Positions 49,529 to 59,919 are shown, counted from the whole stretch's first letter. The stretch: 63,171 nucleotides of DNA, filler included, from 7 parts of 7 records of this genome joined end to end with filler, not necessarily neighbours in it; one strand, 5' to 3'. Program-made: numbers and translations. Notes: generated from the letters alone by a model not told the origin.

Positions 49529-49889
49529 TAACCCATAAAAAACATATATGATTCCAGGGAATCACAGGAATGATAATTCTTAAATCCTTATATTCTTCTT
49601 CAAATAGGAAATTTTCAATAACCCAGTATAGTAGAACCTGGATAATCCTCCTTTTTTTGAAGGAGGCGGTAATTGAAGGGTAAGTTCAAGTTTTATGTAA
49701 GCGGCAGAGCTCAGAAATGCCTTCTTCGTGCCTGTTTTTTTGCTGAAGAAAAATAGTAGGCCGCAGCAAAGCCAGAAAAAAAGATCACCTTGCAGCTTCG
49801 GTAGTTACAGCAAATATTTCTGCAAATCAATATTTACTCCACAAGAAATTTAAACTGATCCTGAATGCACCTTAACATGAAGGACTTTT

Positions 49890-49928
49890 AAAAAAAAAAA
49901 GGTCTCTTAACTGAGACCTTTTCTTTTC
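49890..49928 (-). terminator. Intrinsic terminator after rplS
   Basis: Long A run, AGGTCTC-TTAACT-GAGACCT hairpin, then T run; potentially bidirectional. Confidence 0.85.
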
Positions 49929-49942
49929 TATTGAATTTCTTT

Positions 49943-50290
49943 TTAGAATCTTTTTTCTTTGATACGGGCTTTTTTTCCGGTTAGGCCACGTAAGTAGAAA
50001 ATACGTTTACGACGTACGCTACCATGTTTGTTAACTTCAATACTTTCGATAAACGGAGAGCTAACTGGGAAGATTCTTTCTACACCAATGTTACCAGACA
50101 TTTTTCGGATAGTGAAAGTTTTAGTATTTTCTCTACCACGCACCTGAATAACAACACCACGGAATTTCTGAATCCTTTCTTTATTTCCCTCTTTAATTTT
50201 GTAGCTTACAGTGATTGTATCACCAGCTTTAAACTCTGGATGGTTGTTTTCAACCTTAAATTCCTGTTCTACTAATTTTACTAAATCCAT
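49943..50290 (-). CDS. rplS: 50S ribosomal protein L19
   Basis: [43 protein letters not shown]...GKKARIKE. Confidence 0.97.
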   Translation of the reverse strand: MDLVKLVEQEFKVENNHPEFKAGDTITVSYKIKEGNKERIQKFRGVVIQVRGRENTKTFTIRKMSGNIGVERIFPVSSPFIESIEVNKHGSVRRKRIFYLRGLTGKKARIKEKRF

Positions 50291-50312
50291 CTTCTTTTCT
50301 TTTAATTAGTTG

Positions 50313-50367
50313 GCAATGTATCCTGATGAATATCGGGACAGAGATTGCTAAATCGGCTGCAAAAATA
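50313..50367 (-). promoter_or_regulatory. rplS promoter box and structured leader
   Basis: TATTTTTG (-7 box, 50360-50367), followed by the hairpin GCAAUCUCUGUCCCGAUAUUCAUCAGGAUACAUUGC. Confidence 0.55.
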
Positions 50368-50472
50368 GTAATTAATTCAATACATAAAACTTATTTGCAA
50401 TATATTTTATGATTATTGATTTGATTCTCAGCCATTATTTTTTCTCGAAAATGTTTTACTGCAATTAAATTG

Positions 50473-52161
50473 TTAGTGGCTGCTACCTATAACTTTAAAA
50501 TGATCGCCGGTTGCATGTACTATTGCTTTGTACCACCATTCAGGGTATCCTGCAAAAATTGGTGAGGCTGGCATACCGGTCTCAGTCCGAACAAACTGCC
50601 CGTCCTTTTCTCGCTTAATGTTGCCATCGGTATATTTTACCAATAGGTATTGGCCTAATTCCTTCCAGCGTTTTGTCATTTCGTTTGCTTCATTGACCGA
50701 GAATTCTGTAATAAATTTACGGGCCTGAGCTTCAGAACTGGTATTAAAAAGTGTTTCAGCAGCTTTGTCTACTACCGGAACAAAGGCAACAAATTTGTCT
50801 TCCAGTTCTTTTTGAATCAACTGGATGTCTTTTATCATATCCGTGTACCTTAAATAAGCAAAGTTCGCAACGGTGCTAAATGTCCAGAATGCCGAAGTTT
50901 CGCTGAAAGTCAACATATCGCCATTGCCCACTTCAAAACATTCAGGAATTTCAGTAATACCACAATACATTGGCACATAACAGGTCGAATACGAATCATC
51001 AACCCCAAACCAAAGTATTCCGCCAATAGGATCGGGTAGCCAACTACGGCATTGCGCCACAAACGAAAAACCAGTTTGTTGGGTAGAAATAGCACGCTCG
51101 TTACAATAGGTAACAGAATCAACTTCCCAGGTTAAACCACGCCAACGGTAGGGAAGCGAATAGGGGCCTGCACCAATATCCTGGGTCATATCCAAAGCGG
51201 TTCCTTCAAAGTGGTCGCGCATTAAACTTATCACATCCTGCACATCCAATTGTTTATCGGGTTTAACCCATAAAGGCATCCTGTTTGTTGGGAATTCATT
51301 TTCTCCACCGTGCATAACATGCCCTTTGGCATATTCAGTATATTTTTCCATACCCGTGGTAACCTTGTTAAAACCAGCCCATACACGTGCATCGCAAAAC
51401 CGGGCTCCACCAAAATCAACAGGGGCATATACGTCAGAAAAACTAAAATCTTTGTTGGTTCCGTTGTACCATCCTTTTTCACGGGCAAAAGAGATTACAT
51501 CTTTGGCGTAGAGGCAATTTTTTGAATCGTTCAGTGGGAAAGTTGTAATTCGTGCTTGGTTGGCATGTCCGCTAATAAATCCATCCGGAATACGTTGAGC
51601 GACCCATACGGCACCTTTTTCACCTTCACCTTTGCCAATCATTTCCATAATCCAAACTTCTTCGGGATCAGCAATCGAAAATGATTCTCCTGAACTGTAG
51701 TATCCGAATTCAGCTACCAGATCGGTCATAACTTTTATGGCTTCGCGAGCTGTTTTGGCACGTTGTAGAGTAACATAAATAAGGCTGCCATAATCCATTA
51801 TTGCTCCATCCTGGCTTGCCAGCTCTTTTCTGCCTCCAAAAGTAGTTTCGGCAATGGCCAATTGAAATTCGTTCATGTTACCAATTACACTATACGTATG
51901 TTTTGGTTGTGGAATTTCGCCCAGGTGTTTGCCTGTGTCCCATTCATGAATTTTGCGCATGGCACCTTCGGGATAATCGGCTGCCGGTTGAAAATATAGC
52001 TCGCCATACAAAGTGTGCGAGTCGGCCGCATAGGTGATCATTGTTGAGCCATTAAGCGTTGCTCCTTTAGTAACCAGAAAATTGGTGCACCCATTCGAAA
52101 CCTGCTGGTTTAAAAGTATGAATGCCATAATCAGCATTCCCAACATTGAAATCTTCTTCAT
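50473..52161 (-). CDS. C69 family dipeptidase
   Basis: Signal peptide, then CTNFLV (N-terminal Cys nucleophile), GNMNE.QLAIAETTFGGR, GESFSIAD, HANQARI, NERAIS. TATCTTTG promoter box at 52190-52197. Confidence 0.92.
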   Translation of the reverse strand: MKKISMLGMLIMAFILLNQQVSNGCTNFLVTKGATLNGSTMITYAADSHTLYGELYFQPAADYPEGAMRKIHEWDTGKHLGEIPQPKHTYSVIGNMNEFQLAIAETTFGGRKELASQDGAIMDYGSLIYVTLQRAKTAREAIKVMTDLVAEFGYYSSGESFSIADPEEVWIMEMIGKGEGEKGAVWVAQRIPDGFISGHANQARITTFPLNDSKNCLYAKDVISFAREKGWYNGTNKDFSFSDVYAPVDFGGARFCDARVWAGFNKVTTGMEKYTEYAKGHVMHGGENEFPTNRMPLWVKPDKQLDVQDVISLMRDHFEGTALDMTQDIGAGPYSLPYRWRGLTWEVDSVTYCNERAISTQQTGFSFVAQCRSWLPDPIGGILWFGVDDSYSTCYVPMYCGITEIPECFEVGNGDMLTFSETSAFWTFSTVANFAYLRYTDMIKDIQLIQKELEDKFVAFVPVVDKAAETLFNTSSEAQARKFITEFSVNEANEMTKRWKELGQYLLVKYTDGNIKREKDGQFVRTETGMPASPIFAGYPEWWYKAIVHATGDHFKVIGSSH

Positions 52162-52448
52162 TTGTAAACTTTTTATTTTATGAAAACAACAAAGATAATT
52201 AAATGTGGTTTGTGGATCATGATTTTTGTTTGTTGAGATGGTTTTTAAATTGACGCTCCCGCGCGATTGAACCTAATATCCGCATGTCTAATAACCTAAT
52301 TTCTTTATGGATTGGGAAGCAACAAGTTTATGGTTTATGTTATAGCGTTTTAGTCGTCAATAAAGATTTTGGTTTGTTTGAATCACAGAGCTAAAGCATG
52401 GTGCAAAAGGAAGAACTGCTGAGTAGAATACGTACCGGGTTGATAAAG

Positions 52449-53117
52449 CTACAAGCAACCCTTTATCTTCTCAAAAGTAGCTTCAATGTCGTTATCCAAT
52501 CCCATTGAGAAACGCACTAAACCATCCGACAGGCCCATTTCCTTTTGTACTTCAGCAGGAATTTCGGAAGAAGTACTATGCCCCGAACAGCTAAATAATG
52601 TTCTGAAATAGCCCAATGAAACAGCCAGGTAGCCAACACCAGCCTGTTGCATTTTATTCATCACAGTATTAGCACGTTTTTCGGTCTCAAAATCAATGGA
52701 GAGCATACCGCCGTAGCCATAATCTTTGTTCATTAACCGGGTATGTAAACTGTGTTGTGGATGACTCTTCATGCCTGTGTATTTTACCTGAATACCCATA
52801 CTTTGTAGTTGTTTGGCTACATACATGGCATTTGAACTATGTTGTTTCATGCGTAAGTGCAGGGTGTGCAGGTTTTTTAAGATATTTGATGATCGCAAAG
52901 GATCAAGAACAGGGCCAAGAAGCATGGCAGTTCCATCGTTTACATTCGATAGCTGGCTAATAAATTCATCCGAACCGCAAATGGCACCTGCAACACAATC
53001 GTTTTTTCCGTTAATAAATTTGGTCATGCTATAAACAACAAAGTCGGCACCTAACTCGGCCGGCGAAAAAATCATTGGAGTAAAGGTGTTGTCAACCATT
53101 AGTTTTGCTCCTTTTTT
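52449..53117 (-). CDS. Cys/Met metabolism PLP enzyme, methionine gamma-lyase-like (5' truncated)
   Basis: VDNTF, SMTKFING (PLP Lys), LAVSLG, GLVRFSMG. Confidence 0.88.
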   Translation of the reverse strand, partial: KKGAKLMVDNTFTPMIFSPAELGADFVVYSMTKFINGKNDCVAGAICGSDEFISQLSNVNDGTAMLLGPVLDPLRSSNILKNLHTLHLRMKQHSSNAMYVAKQLQSMGIQVKYTGMKSHPQHSLHTRLMNKDYGYGGMLSIDFETEKRANTVMNKMQQAGVGYLAVSLGYFRTLFSCSGHSTSSEIPAEVQKEMGLSDGLVRFSMGLDNDIEATFEKIKGCL

Positions 53118-53217
53118 NNNNNNNNNNNNNNNNNNNNNNNNNNNNNNNNNNNNNNNNNNNNTTAATTAATTAANNNNNNNNNNNNNNNNNNNNNNNNNNN
53201 NNNNNNNNNNNNNNNNN
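53118..53217. other. Artificial contig linker
   Basis: N44-TTAATTAATTAA-N44. Confidence 0.98.
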
Positions 53218-53282
53218 AGAAATTGGGAAAAAGAACCATTTATGGACGGACACGAGATAACAAAATCCCAGGAGGTATAATT

Positions 53283-55070
53283 ATGAGCGAAAAAGCTTTC
53301 ATTAGAGGCGGAGCCTTTCTGACCGAGAATATTTCCCCGGCGGATGTAACCACACCGGAAGATATGACGGATGAACACCGCATGATCCTCCAGACCACCT
53401 GGGATTTTGTTAATAACGAAATATTTCCCAACGCGGATAAAATAGAGAAAAAAGACGGGGAATTGATAAAAGGCCTCATGGCCCAGGCCGGAGAATTGGG
53501 CCTTGACGGCACGGACGTACCCGAGGCGTACGGCGGATTGGGACTGGACAAGGTTTCAACCGCGCTGGTATGCGAAGCCATCGGCGCCACGGGATCGTTT
53601 GCCACGACTCACGGAGCGCACACGGGCATCGCCACTCTGCCCCTGGTCTTTTTTGGAACTGAAGAACAAAAAGAGAAATATCTCCCCGGACTCGCTTCGG
53701 GCGAAGCCCTGGGAGCATACGCCCTGACCGAACCCGGCGCCGGCTCAGACGCCATGGGCGGCGCCAAAACCAAGGCCGTATTGTCGGAAGACGGCAAGCA
53801 CTACATTCTTAACGGCCAGAAGATTTTCATCACCAATGCTCACTGGGCCAAAACATTTATTACTTATGCCAAGATAGACGGCAAAAAGTTCACGGCTTTT
53901 ATTGTAGAGCGCGACTATCCGGGCGTTTCTGTCGGCCCGGAAGAAGGCAAACTGGGCATCAAGGGCTCGTCGACCGCCACTCTTATACTTGAAGACGCCA
54001 AGGTCCCTGTGGAAAACATCTTGCATGAAATCGGCAAGGGCCATCATGTGGCTTTTAACATCCTCAACGTGGGCCGGTACAAACTGGGCGCTGCCACGGT
54101 GGGCGGTTGCAAGCAGTCTTTAAAAAACTCCATTGAATACGCCAAGGTTCGGGAGCAATTCGGCCAGCCCATTTGTGAATTCGGGGCCATTAAGGAAAAG
54201 ATAGCCAATTGCGTGACCAAGACTTATATGAACGAATCAATAGTTCACAGGTCGGCCGGACTTTTTGAGAGCATTCTGGAAGCAATTCCGACAGACGATC
54301 CCGAATATGGAAGAAAAGCCGCGGAAGCCATTCATGAATATGCAATTGAATGCTCGATTGACAAGGTTTTCGGGTCGGAAGCGTCGGCTTATGCCGTGGA
54401 TGAAGGCGTACAGATCCTGGGCGGTTACGGGTTCATAGACGAATACCCGGCCGAGCGCGCTTACAGGGACGCCAGAATCACCCGAATTTACGAAGGAACC
54501 AATGAAGTCAACCGCATGATAATTCTTGGCGAAATAATGCGCCGGGCCATGAAAGGCGTACTGCCCGTATTTGATGCGGCCGGCAAGATAGCCGAAGAAC
54601 TTATGAATCCCGCCCCGACGCCGGTTAAACCCGGAGAAAAGCCCCTGGCTGTTCAGGCTCAAATGCTTGATATGGCCAAAAAGGCGACCATCATGACCGC
54701 GGCGGCCGCGGCCCAGAAATTCCAGACCGGTTTGACCAAGGAACAGGAAGTCGTCAGCCGCATCAGCGACATGATCAGCGAAATTTTTGTTATGGAAAGC
54801 GGACTGCTTCGCGCCCAGAAAGTAATGGAAGCCAAGGGCGAGGAAGCGGCCAAATATTATATAGCCATTGTGCAGGCTTACATGGACGAAGCCCTGCCCA
54901 AGCTGGAAGCCTGGGCCAAAAGCGCACTGGCGCACGTGGAAACCGGAGAGGCACTAAGTACTCAGCTTTCGGCTCTCAAAAGGTTTACCAGGTGGGAACC
55001 TGTTGACGCCATCTCCATAAAGCGGATGATAGCCGACCGGGCCATCGCCCTGGGAGGATACCCGCTCTAG
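53283..55070 (+). CDS. Acyl-CoA dehydrogenase (long form)
   Basis: YALTEPGAGSDA, NGQKIFITN, KLGIKGSST, REQFGQPI, QILGGYGF, IYEGTNEVNR. AGGAGG RBS. Confidence 0.95.
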   Translation: MSEKAFIRGGAFLTENISPADVTTPEDMTDEHRMILQTTWDFVNNEIFPNADKIEKKDGELIKGLMAQAGELGLDGTDVPEAYGGLGLDKVSTALVCEAIGATGSFATTHGAHTGIATLPLVFFGTEEQKEKYLPGLASGEALGAYALTEPGAGSDAMGGAKTKAVLSEDGKHYILNGQKIFITNAHWAKTFITYAKIDGKKFTAFIVERDYPGVSVGPEEGKLGIKGSSTATLILEDAKVPVENILHEIGKGHHVAFNILNVGRYKLGAATVGGCKQSLKNSIEYAKVREQFGQPICEFGAIKEKIANCVTKTYMNESIVHRSAGLFESILEAIPTDDPEYGRKAAEAIHEYAIECSIDKVFGSEASAYAVDEGVQILGGYGFIDEYPAERAYRDARITRIYEGTNEVNRMIILGEIMRRAMKGVLPVFDAAGKIAEELMNPAPTPVKPGEKPLAVQAQMLDMAKKATIMTAAAAAQKFQTGLTKEQEVVSRISDMISEIFVMESGLLRAQKVMEAKGEEAAKYYIAIVQAYMDEALPKLEAWAKSALAHVETGEALSTQLSALKRFTRWEPVDAISIKRMIADRAIALGGYPL

Positions 55071-55146
55071 TCCTTATATATTCCCTCTGACCTTTCGGTC
55101 ATTCCCTACCGTACCAACCTCACGGGAGTTAAACAGCTCTCTTCAC

Positions 55147-55176
55147 ACGGGGGCCCTTCGGGGCTCCCGTTTCTTT
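55147..55176 (+). terminator. Intrinsic terminator
   Basis: ACGGGGGCCC-TTCG-GGGCTCCCGT followed by TTCTTT. Confidence 0.85.
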
Positions 55177-55214
55177 GTTATGATGCCATACAGGAAACCA
55201 AACAAAAAAAACGA

Positions 55215-55237
55215 CGCCCACAAGAGGGCGGTGCTAC
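55215..55237 (-). repeat. GTAG-type REP-like palindrome, left of the TA module
   Basis: Minus strand GTAGCACCGCCCTCTTGTGGGCG. A related copy lies at 56000-56021. Confidence 0.5.
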
Positions 55238-55283
55238 AATTATGGTCCTCGTGCAAAAGCTACACCTGATAAATTTACAGATC

Positions 55284-55318
55284 TTGACACATGACCCATA
55301 TATGGACTATATTTGGTC
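55284..55318 (+). promoter_or_regulatory. TA operon promoter with overlapping palindromic operator
   Basis: TTGACA at 55284, TATATT at 55308. Palindrome CCATATATGG and imperfect GACTATATTTGGTC overlap the spacer and -10. Confidence 0.65.
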
Positions 55319-55342
55319 TTATAAAGATAAAGAGGAATACAA

Positions 55343-55618
55343 ATGAAGCCGTCAAGTCAGATAAAACCTATTAGCTATTTGAAGGCCCACGCCGCAGAAA
55401 TAGTCCGCAACCTGGGAAAGCAGCGGGAGCCATTGATCATCACTCAAAACGGTGAAGCTAAAGTTGTGATCCAGGACATTGAAAGCTATGAAGAAACCCG
55501 TGAAACCATGGCCATGTTGAAGATTCTGGCGTTGGGCGTTCGCCAGATCGAGGAAGACAAGGTTCATTCGGCGGCCGATGTGCTTAAAGGCATACGCACG
55601 CGCCGTCGGGACGACTGA
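55343..55618 (+). CDS. Phd/YefM family antitoxin
   Basis: IKPISYLKAHAAEIV...PLIITQNGEAKVVIQDIESYE. Confidence 0.92.
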   Translation: MKPSSQIKPISYLKAHAAEIVRNLGKQREPLIITQNGEAKVVIQDIESYEETRETMAMLKILALGVRQIEEDKVHSAADVLKGIRTRRRDD

Positions 55619-55944
55619 TGTCCTTTGAGATATTCCTGACCAATGATGCGGCCCGGGACCTGGAACAGATTTACGACTATATCGCCAAGCACGACGCACC
55701 GGAAAATGCGGATTATGTTTTGGACAGGATCGAAAAGGCTTTTTCCGGACTTAGCGAACAGCCCAAAAGAGGAGTATATCCAAAAGAGTTGTTAGCTCTG
55801 GGAATCCGGGAATACAGGGAGGTATTTTTCAAGCCCTATCGTATTATTTATCGCATTATTGAAAATAGAGTATATGTGCTAATGATAGTGGACGGTCGGC
55901 GGGATATGCAGACATTGCTGGAAAGACGGTTGCTGGAGGGTTAG
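55618..55944 (+). CDS. RelE/ParE family toxin
   Basis: AARDLEQIYDYIA...P.RG...YRIIYRI...DGRRD. TGATG overlap with the antitoxin. Confidence 0.92.
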   Translation: MSFEIFLTNDAARDLEQIYDYIAKHDAPENADYVLDRIEKAFSGLSEQPKRGVYPKELLALGIREYREVFFKPYRIIYRIIENRVYVLMIVDGRRDMQTLLERRLLEG

Positions 55945-55999
55945 CCTGTGGAGCAGCCAATACAGTGCGTTCCCTGGTTGTCCGACTGGGAAATAAGAA

Positions 56000-56021
56000 C
56001 GGCCCCCACAAGGGCCGCTAC
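56000..56021 (-). repeat. GTAG-type REP-like palindrome, right of the TA module
   Basis: Minus strand GTAGCGGCCCTTGTGGGGGCCG. Confidence 0.5.
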
Positions 56022-56050
56022 GAATTACGGAGCAATATGCATAAACAGGG

Positions 56051-57424
56051 TCAGTTCCTACGGCAGACCTTGTTTCTTCCTTCGTGCTTGGCCTGGTAAA
56101 GAGCTGCGTCGGCTAATTTAAGCACGGTTTCCACATCGTAGCCTTCTCTGCCTTCTGCGGCCCCGATGCTCACGGTAAATGATACAGTCCCATTATCGGT
56201 TTTAATTTTAATCCCGGAAATCAGACGCCTTATCCTTTCTGCCGCAACAACTGCCTCATCGATATTATCACCTATTAACAGAATACCGAATTCCTCGCCT
56301 CCAAGGCGGCCGAAAATGTCGGTCTCCCGAATTGCGTTCCGTGTAGTGGAGGCCATTATTTTCAGGGCTTCATCGCCGACAGCATGGCCGTACGCGTCAT
56401 TGATTTGTTTGAAGTGATCTATATCTATCATGAGCATTGACCAATTACGGTTATACCTTTTTTCAAGCTTGATCTGCCGCCTGGCCATTTCCATGAAATG
56501 CCGTCGATTGTATATACCCGTCAGGCTGTCTATTGTAGCGATGCGGCGAAGTTCCTCTTCATATTCTTTTTGTTCCGTTATGTCGGTAATAATATTGGCA
56601 AAGAAAGTGGGATTACCTCTTTCATCGGTGACTACGAAAAAGTTCATAATAGTAGGAAGGCTGGCGCCTTGGCTTGTGATAAGATCAAGTTCCCCGGTCC
56701 ATTGATCTTCCTCAAGAATTCTGGGTATCACATCGCCTCGGATGATCCTGCAACTGTCCTCGGGGTAAAAATCATAAATAGACCTGCCCAGAACCTCCTG
56801 GTCGGTTTCCCGGCCCAACATGCGGCATAGAGCCGGATTAACATAGTTGAACGTGCCGTCCAGGCTTGCCAGTCCGAATCCCTGCCCTGAACTCTCAATA
56901 AATCGATGAAACGTGGCCAGATTGTCTTCAGCCTTTTTTCTGGCTGTAATATCGTTGCCCACGGAAAGAACCAGGGCGTCGCCATTGAATTTGTAATCGA
57001 GAAGTGTATTGGTCCAGGCCACCCAAACCCGGCTTCCGTTGCTGGTCATGTTTTCATTTTCATTGTTTTTATATTTTTCAGGATTACGACCGATATCCTC
57101 GATCATGGCTGTGAGGTCCCGGTTTGAAAAATCACGTTCCCGGATCAAGGTCCCGACAATATTTTTGCCAATAATATTTTCAAATTCGTACCCGAAGAAC
57201 TGCAACCCGAAATCATTGAGAAAAACAATGGTTCCGTCAGGATTCCAAAGCAGGATTATACTGTTGGCACGGTGAACCATTTCCTGACAGAGTTGATCTC
57301 GTTCGACAAGGTCCTCCAAGGATTTATCTCTACAGGCGAGTTCAATTTTCAGGCGCTCGATTTCCGCACAAAGTTTTTTTAATTCGACTTCCTGCTCCCC
57401 TGCTTCATATTCTTTTTCAGACAT
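56051..57424 (-). CDS. PAS-PAS-GGDEF diguanylate cyclase
   Basis: Two PAS/PAC units, DSLTGIYNRR, DIDHFKQINDAYGH, RLGGEEF, ADAALYQAK. Confidence 0.93.
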   Translation of the reverse strand: MSEKEYEAGEQEVELKKLCAEIERLKIELACRDKSLEDLVERDQLCQEMVHRANSIILLWNPDGTIVFLNDFGLQFFGYEFENIIGKNIVGTLIRERDFSNRDLTAMIEDIGRNPEKYKNNENENMTSNGSRVWVAWTNTLLDYKFNGDALVLSVGNDITARKKAEDNLATFHRFIESSGQGFGLASLDGTFNYVNPALCRMLGRETDQEVLGRSIYDFYPEDSCRIIRGDVIPRILEEDQWTGELDLITSQGASLPTIMNFFVVTDERGNPTFFANIITDITEQKEYEEELRRIATIDSLTGIYNRRHFMEMARRQIKLEKRYNRNWSMLMIDIDHFKQINDAYGHAVGDEALKIMASTTRNAIRETDIFGRLGGEEFGILLIGDNIDEAVVAAERIRRLISGIKIKTDNGTVSFTVSIGAAEGREGYDVETVLKLADAALYQAKHEGRNKVCRRN

Positions 57425-57541
57425 AAATGTTCGCTCCCCGGCTGCGGGCGCCTTTTGCGGGCTGCATTCCGATTTATTATGATTCAGACGACGCCGTAAT
57501 ATTCAGGACGTCGAAGATGCCTAATAACCATAAAAGCTATA

Positions 57542-59551
57542 TCATTCCACGGCGTTCACAAAACAACCGCCGCCTCCTCCGCCGCCTCCACCGCCGCTTG
57601 AACCCCAACCGCTGTCCATGCCTGACGGCGGAGCAGGCGGGCGATCGGCCGAGTCCGGCGCAGACTGGTAACCCTTATCATCAGGCGAAGCGCCTTCGGC
57701 CGGGTCAGGATAGGCGACTGTTATATCCTTGACCCAGAGCATCCCCTCTTCGTCGAGCTTCTTAATCCAGCCGCCCTCGCCCACATTCAGTTTTGTAGCG
57801 GCATAATACTCGCCGTTGTTGTAAATCCAAAAGATTCCTTGAGTAAGATTGCCGGTGGTCAGGTCTTCCGGCCCGGGAGTGCCGTCGGTATTGCTGACCA
57901 CCATGTTGCTTATAGCCACGGGGTGGTTGAATGGATTGCCCACCTGGTTCCACCCGACATGCAGGTGGATGGGGGCCGCGCAATGGCTGTCCTTCGGGTC
58001 CGGGCTGGTAGAAGTCTCGGTTCCGCTAAAATTCAGAGTCGCCCCATTTCTGAACAGGAACCAGGCTGCGTCGCCCGGCTCAATGCTTCCCTCTTCGTCC
58101 GGGTATTCCATATAGGCTTGAGTATCCGTGTCCCAATGGCCGATGCGCATTAAAGTTGTATCATATACGCCGATCTGCGAACCGATGGCGCCGGACGGCG
58201 TTGGATCGGCCAAATCCAAGGGAAACGCCCGAATCACATATTGTTGTACGGTTGAACCGGGAGAAAAGGAAAGTGAAGCGCTGGTTGGGGAGCCTCCGCC
58301 GCAGCCGGATGAATATTCAAAGGCTCCCGGGTCGCGGAGAGTACCGGCGGGCCTGGGAACGCCGTCAAAATCGGCTGAAACCGGATCGGCTTCTCCGGCC
58401 GGGATAAGCCCTATGGCTGGAGAACTTGCTTGAAGATGATAATCGGCGCCGCCGACATATCCGGGAGACAAGCTTGCATCCCCTGTTCCGGCGGCAATTC
58501 CCGAATGGTTGGTTCCGTTTCCGAAAAGATTGTTATAGCGTAGAATCGGAGCGGCGCCGGTTACAACCGAAATCCCGGCGCCGGCGCTGATATTGGTTAT
58601 CATGTTGTAATAAACTGTCGGATTGGCGCCGGAATTTTCCACCCGGACGCCGTGAAAGGCTCCGCCGTCTATGGTGTTATGATACACCTGGGGCGTGGAT
58701 GTACCCGCGGAAATCATTTTTACCAATACACCGGTATCAACGGCGCCGGTGGATTTAAAGATGATATTGTTCCAGATCATGGCCGTGGCGCCGACACTGT
58801 CTTCGACGGCGACGCCGACCCTGTTGTCCCGGATTTTATTCAGGCTGATGTTCACCGGAGAATCTGTCACTTTAAAGCCGACGCCGGTTGCGTCGTCGTG
58901 GTCGTAAACCAGGTTGTCGGTGACATTGAGGGCCGAACCGGCGCCGGATATGGTCATCCCGTAGTATTGTCTGTAGTTCGTATCCCCACTCCAGTAAACC
59001 GTGTTGTCCTTGACGTTCGAATTGCTGACGCCTCCGGTAAGCGCTATACCGTAGGCGCCGCCGCCTGAAGTGCCGTTGTCGTATATTTCATTGCCCATTA
59101 TGGTGTGGCCGGAACCGCCGCTGACAAACAATCCGCCGCCCATGAACCTTTTAATCACCAGGTCCTTTATCATCACGCCGCTTGAAGTGACGTTAAAGGC
59201 GTTCACCCAGGTCAAGGCGCCGTTTCCATCAATGATGGCGCCTCCGGGATTTTCGGCCCTAATAGTCACGTTGGCCAGGGTTAGGCTTAAAACCGTGTCT
59301 GTTTCATTGGCAATGGAATATGTTCCGTCTTTCAATATCAGGATGTCGTTGGCTGCGATCTGGCCCATGGCCCAGTGAATCGTCTTCCATGGATCGCCGG
59401 CGCCGCCTGTATTTCCGTCGCTGCCGCCGACCGGGTCAACGTAATATGATATCGGCGCAGGCGAGTATCCCGGGGTGAGCAGGATCGCCAAAACCATAAC
59501 CATGAAGGCTACAAAACTAATTTTAGCTTTCTTCGTAAAAAACATTGTCAT
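57542..59551 (-). CDS. Secreted beta-helix repeat protein with Gly-rich GGGCF C-terminal tail
   Basis: Signal peptide; YYVDPVGGSDGNTG..PWKTI; beta-helix repeats; DYHLQASSPAI...DPGAFEY. Ends GGGGGGGGGGCFVNAVE. Confidence 0.85.
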   Translation of the reverse strand: MTMFFTKKAKISFVAFMVMVLAILLTPGYSPAPISYYVDPVGGSDGNTGGAGDPWKTIHWAMGQIAANDILILKDGTYSIANETDTVLSLTLANVTIRAENPGGAIIDGNGALTWVNAFNVTSSGVMIKDLVIKRFMGGGLFVSGGSGHTIMGNEIYDNGTSGGGAYGIALTGGVSNSNVKDNTVYWSGDTNYRQYYGMTISGAGSALNVTDNLVYDHDDATGVGFKVTDSPVNISLNKIRDNRVGVAVEDSVGATAMIWNNIIFKSTGAVDTGVLVKMISAGTSTPQVYHNTIDGGAFHGVRVENSGANPTVYYNMITNISAGAGISVVTGAAPILRYNNLFGNGTNHSGIAAGTGDASLSPGYVGGADYHLQASSPAIGLIPAGEADPVSADFDGVPRPAGTLRDPGAFEYSSGCGGGSPTSASLSFSPGSTVQQYVIRAFPLDLADPTPSGAIGSQIGVYDTTLMRIGHWDTDTQAYMEYPDEEGSIEPGDAAWFLFRNGATLNFSGTETSTSPDPKDSHCAAPIHLHVGWNQVGNPFNHPVAISNMVVSNTDGTPGPEDLTTGNLTQGIFWIYNNGEYYAATKLNVGEGGWIKKLDEEGMLWVKDITVAYPDPAEGASPDDKGYQSAPDSADRPPAPPSGMDSGWGSSGGGGGGGGGGCFVNAVE

Positions 59552-59919
59552 CCCCAATCCTCCTGGATGGGATTATTTTATCACTTAATTCCTAAATTAA
59601 TCAAATAATATGGAGAGGATGAGTTTATGATAATATAATTGACGGCGTTGAAAAAATATGGAAACCAGGGCAATATTGAAAATCACATCCCAGGATTTAT
59701 GCCGGATTGAGGAAGGAAAAGTCCATCCGGTCCCGATATTTTAAGACGTATGCTCAAGGTCCTTCAGAAAAAATGAAACTCTGTAAAGTTAATGATGAGG
59801 CTCCATAAATTCTATTGGTTTCAAGACGTTGTAAACAAAAACAACGCGATGCCAATATCGGTTAAAAGGATGTTTCCAGATTATTGTAATCATATGGGAA
59901 AAAATGAGGCCGTGCCGGC

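Noticed and set aside
49530-49885. Long intergenic region between yciH and rplS with small hairpins
   Set aside because: No recognisable RNA family, ORF or repeat within the window.
8840-53217. TTAATTAATTAA repeated six times within N runs
   Set aside because: Artificial concatenation linker. No cross-segment neighbourhood inference is valid.
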